Under the pieces are notes generated by a model, which ran no database searches, was not told the DNA's origin, and saw nothing but the letters and a program-made list of their open reading frames with translations. The position numbers and the translations under genes are program-made. A stretch of 64,000 nt of DNA. It comes from Isurus oxyrinchus (lineage: Eukaryota). The stretch's first letter is position 1. The number at the start of each line of letters is the position of its first letter. The stretch spans positions 2,356,001-2,420,000 of the forward strand of contig JANJGN010000076.1 in assembly GCA_026770705.1 (NCBI GenBank), given 5' to 3'. Shown here in pieces: positions 61,285 through 64,000 of this stretch.

Positions 61285-61595
61285 AGCATTGAATTCCAGG
61301 TCATTATCAGTCACTGTGTAAAATAAACTCTTCCTTGCATCCGCCCTGTGGAACTTGCCCAAAATCTTAAAACTCTGTCCCTTAATCCTTTCATAATCAG
61401 CTAATGGGAGCAGCTTTTATTTAACTACCTTTCTTAATCCTGTACCCCTCTATCAAACCTTCCCTCAACCTCCTTTACTCCAAGGAGAACAACCCCAGTT
61501 TCTCGAACCTCATCTTAAAGTTGAAACCCCTCATCTCTTGAACCATTCTGGTTAATCTCCTCTATACCCTTACATTCTTCACGACGTGTGGTGAT
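61285..61595 (-). mobile_element. CR1-like LINE 3' fragment
   Basis: GAATTCCAGGTCATT..CTCCAAGGAGAACAACCCCAG..CCATTCTGGTTAATCTCC; similar to 42880-43095. Confidence 0.65.
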
Positions 61596-62254
61596 CACTA
61601 GTTTGCACGGACCCAGATGTTCTGTTTTTGTGCCTGTGACATCATCACACATTGACAATTACACTGTGACATCATCACACATCAACTATTACATGGTGAC
61701 TTCACTCGGCTCCCCGGGTATTTCCTCAACTGGGAGATTTTTCTCTGACTCCAGTGCTTCTGATACCTTTCCAGCTGCAAGCTCCAGCAGGAGAGTTTAA
61801 AGTTGAAAACTGAAACTGTTTCAGAGTTGATTGATTTTCACCATCCACCTACAATTTAGAGCTTTTAGCTCTATGCTCTGTATCTGTGAGAGACTCCATG
61901 GCTCTGGGGCTGGTGTGGCTCCTTTACTGTGGATCTGAATCCATGTCCATCCATTGATCTGTTTCACCTCTGCCCTCCTTGATCACCTCTCTGCCATTTT
62001 TTAACTTCCCCTGTCTCTAATATTGGAAGTATTTGAGTTATGTTTAATATTTTACTGTTATAACTGTCAATTGTGTCTAAATGAGGTTTCCAGCACTGCC
62101 CACCCCCTGACCATGTGCAGCTGGCTTCCCAGCTTTATCTTCCCACAGTATCTTTCACAGTCAGGAATTGCTTTTCCTGACCCATAGTCCATTTCTATTC
62201 CACTTCTGAGCTTATCTTGACCATCAAATTCTGCACCATTTTTACTCCCTGAGA

Positions 62255-62570
62255 GGAGGCGATGGTGTAATGGTATTGTCACTGGACGAGTAATCCAGAG
62301 ACCGAGGGCAATATCCTGGGGACCCTGGTTCAAATCCCGTCATGGCAGATGGTGGAATTCCAATTCTATGGAAAAAATCTAGAATTAAGAGTCTAATGAT
62401 GACCAATGATGATTGTTGTAAAAATCCACCTGGTTCACTAATGCCATTTAGGGAAGGAAATGTGCCGTCCTTAGTCTTGGCCTACACGTGACTCCAGACC
62501 ACAGGAGTGGTTGACTTCTAACTGCCCTCTGAATGCTGGCCTAAGTGATGCCCACGTGAATTTAGAAAAA
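62255..62570 (+). mobile_element. tRNA-derived SINE
   Basis: A box TGGTGTAATGG 62263, B box GGTTCAAATCC 62327, core CTGGTTCACTAATGCC.TTTAGGGAAGGAAA, tail AATGCTGGCC..GCCCAC..GAATTTAGAAAAA. Confidence 0.8.
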
Positions 62571-62779
62571 TCATTCTGCAAACATTCAAACGTTAACTCT
62601 GTCCCTCTCCACAGATACCAGCATCTATTGTGATCCCCAGTTGCCTGTGGAGAAGATGATGTTTGACCTTCTTGAACTGCTGCAGTCCGTGTGGTGAAGG
62701 TGCTCCCACAATGCTGTTAGGTAAGGAGTTACAGGTTATTCACCCAGTGATGATGAAGGAACTGTGATATATGTCCAAA

Positions 62780-63215
62780 TCAACAGCAACAGTTTGTATT
62801 TATATGGCACTTTCAATGTAAGACAATATTCCAAGCATTTCACAGAATAGTTAAAAGCAAAGTTTGACACTGAGCCAAACAAGGAGATATTGGGGCAGGT
62901 GACCAAACGTTTGGTCAAAGAGGTAGGTTTTAAGGAGTGTCTTAAAGGAGAAAAATGAAGTAGAGAGGAAGAGAGGTTTGGGGAGAAAATTCCAGGGCTT
63001 GGGGCCATGGAAACTGACAGAATGCTCAGCAGGTCAGAACGAAAGGAGCACAAACATCTCAGAGGGTTGTGAGGCTGGATTACAGTGATAGGGAGGAGCG
63101 AGACCAACATGGAATTTCAACAATTGGATGAGAATTTTAAAATGTAGGTGATTCTTATCCTAGATCCTTTGTAGGTCAGTGAGCACATGGGTGATTGGTG
63201 AATAAGACTTGGTGC
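62780..63215 (-). mobile_element. L2-like LINE 3' end
   Basis: CAACAGCAAC..TTGTATTTATATGGCACTTTCAATGT..TTGGTCAAAGAGGTAGGTTTTAAGGAGTGTCTTAAAGGAG; older copies sit in the tRNA modules at 29600, 52530 and 55700. Confidence 0.6.
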
Positions 63216-63224
63216 AAGTAATTC

Positions 63225-63375
63225 TCCGCCCCACTCCCACTCTGTCCTTTCTGTCCTTGGCCTCCTGCACTGTTCCAATGAAGCTCAGTGGGAGCTCGAG
63301 GAACAGCAGCTCATCTTTCAATTTGGTACTTTACAACCTTCCGGATTTAACATCGAGTTCAGCAGTTTTTGCACC
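63225..63375 (+). mobile_element. Penelope-like endonuclease C-terminal fragment
   Basis: SVLGLLHCSNEAQWELEEQQLIFQFGTLQPSGFNIEFSSF. Confidence 0.75.
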
Positions 63376-63599
63376 AACAGAGAGTTGTCAGGATCTGGAA
63401 CATTATACCTGAAAAGGTACTGCAACCTGACTCTATCAGGAATTTTAAAAGGGAGTTGACAGGGATTTGGGATTGAGTAACCTATAGAGTTACAAACCGA
63501 AAGTGGGTGTATAGGACTAAACACGACAGCTCTTTCAAAGAGGCAGCACAAGCACAAAGTGTTGAATGGCCTCCTGTGCTGTAAGTTTCTGTGATTCTA

Positions 63600-63985
63600 G
63601 GAGTTGGCCATTTAGCCCCTCGAGTCTGTCCCATCATGCAATCAGATCATGGCTGATCTGTGACCCTTTGTCTCATGTTCCTTGATTTATACCTTGTGTT
63701 AGGAAGGATCAATCAATGCCAGATTGAAATTGAACATTGATCAAGCATGAACTGCTAATTCAGGAAGAGAATTCCAAACTTCTCCCAACATTACCTGGAG
63801 AAGATTTTCCTAATCTCACCCCTGAAAGGTCTGGCTCTAATTTTTAGACTATGTTCCTCAGTCCTGGATTCCCCAACCAATGGAAATAGTTCCCCTCTAT
63901 CTACCACACCATTTCCAATTAATATCATGAAAACTTCAAGAAAATCCTCCTTAATCTTCTCAATTCCAGGGAATACAAACCTCAC
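63600..63985 (-). mobile_element. CR1 LINE 3' fragment
   Basis: Minus ORF ..ELFPLVGESRTEEHSLKIRARPFRGEIRK; CAGATCATGGCTGATCTG tail motif. Confidence 0.75.
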
Positions 63986-64000
63986 AGTGAGATGATGAAT

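Overview
Cartilaginous-fish (shark-type) genomic DNA with four N-runs. Bases ~2.6-23.1 kb hold one complete, unrearranged immunoglobulin heavy-chain cluster on the + strand: leader-V-D1-D2-J, Cmu1-Cmu4 with secretory tail, TM1 and TM2. RSS spacers are V23, 12-D1-22, 12-D2-12 and 23-J. Every exon is open except Cmu3, which has an in-frame TAG and a GT>AT splice donor; Cmu2-to-Cmu4 skipping would stay in frame. The only J encodes RGQG instead of WGQG. The locus is therefore either a young pseudogene or a three-C-domain IgM variant. From ~24.7 to ~59.4 kb lies a mosaic of shuffled, partly inverted duplication modules carrying about 29 tRNA genes and remnants (Ser, Glu, Lys, Asn, Val, Leu, Thr), most decayed by CpG-type mutation. 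CR1, L2, Penelope-like (with minimal hammerhead motifs) and SINE insertions are scattered throughout. The window ends with a decayed C2H2 zinc-finger remnant and an NRF1/YY1-motif promoter. All comparisons were made by eye or from recalled consensus sequences; repeat boundaries are approximate.
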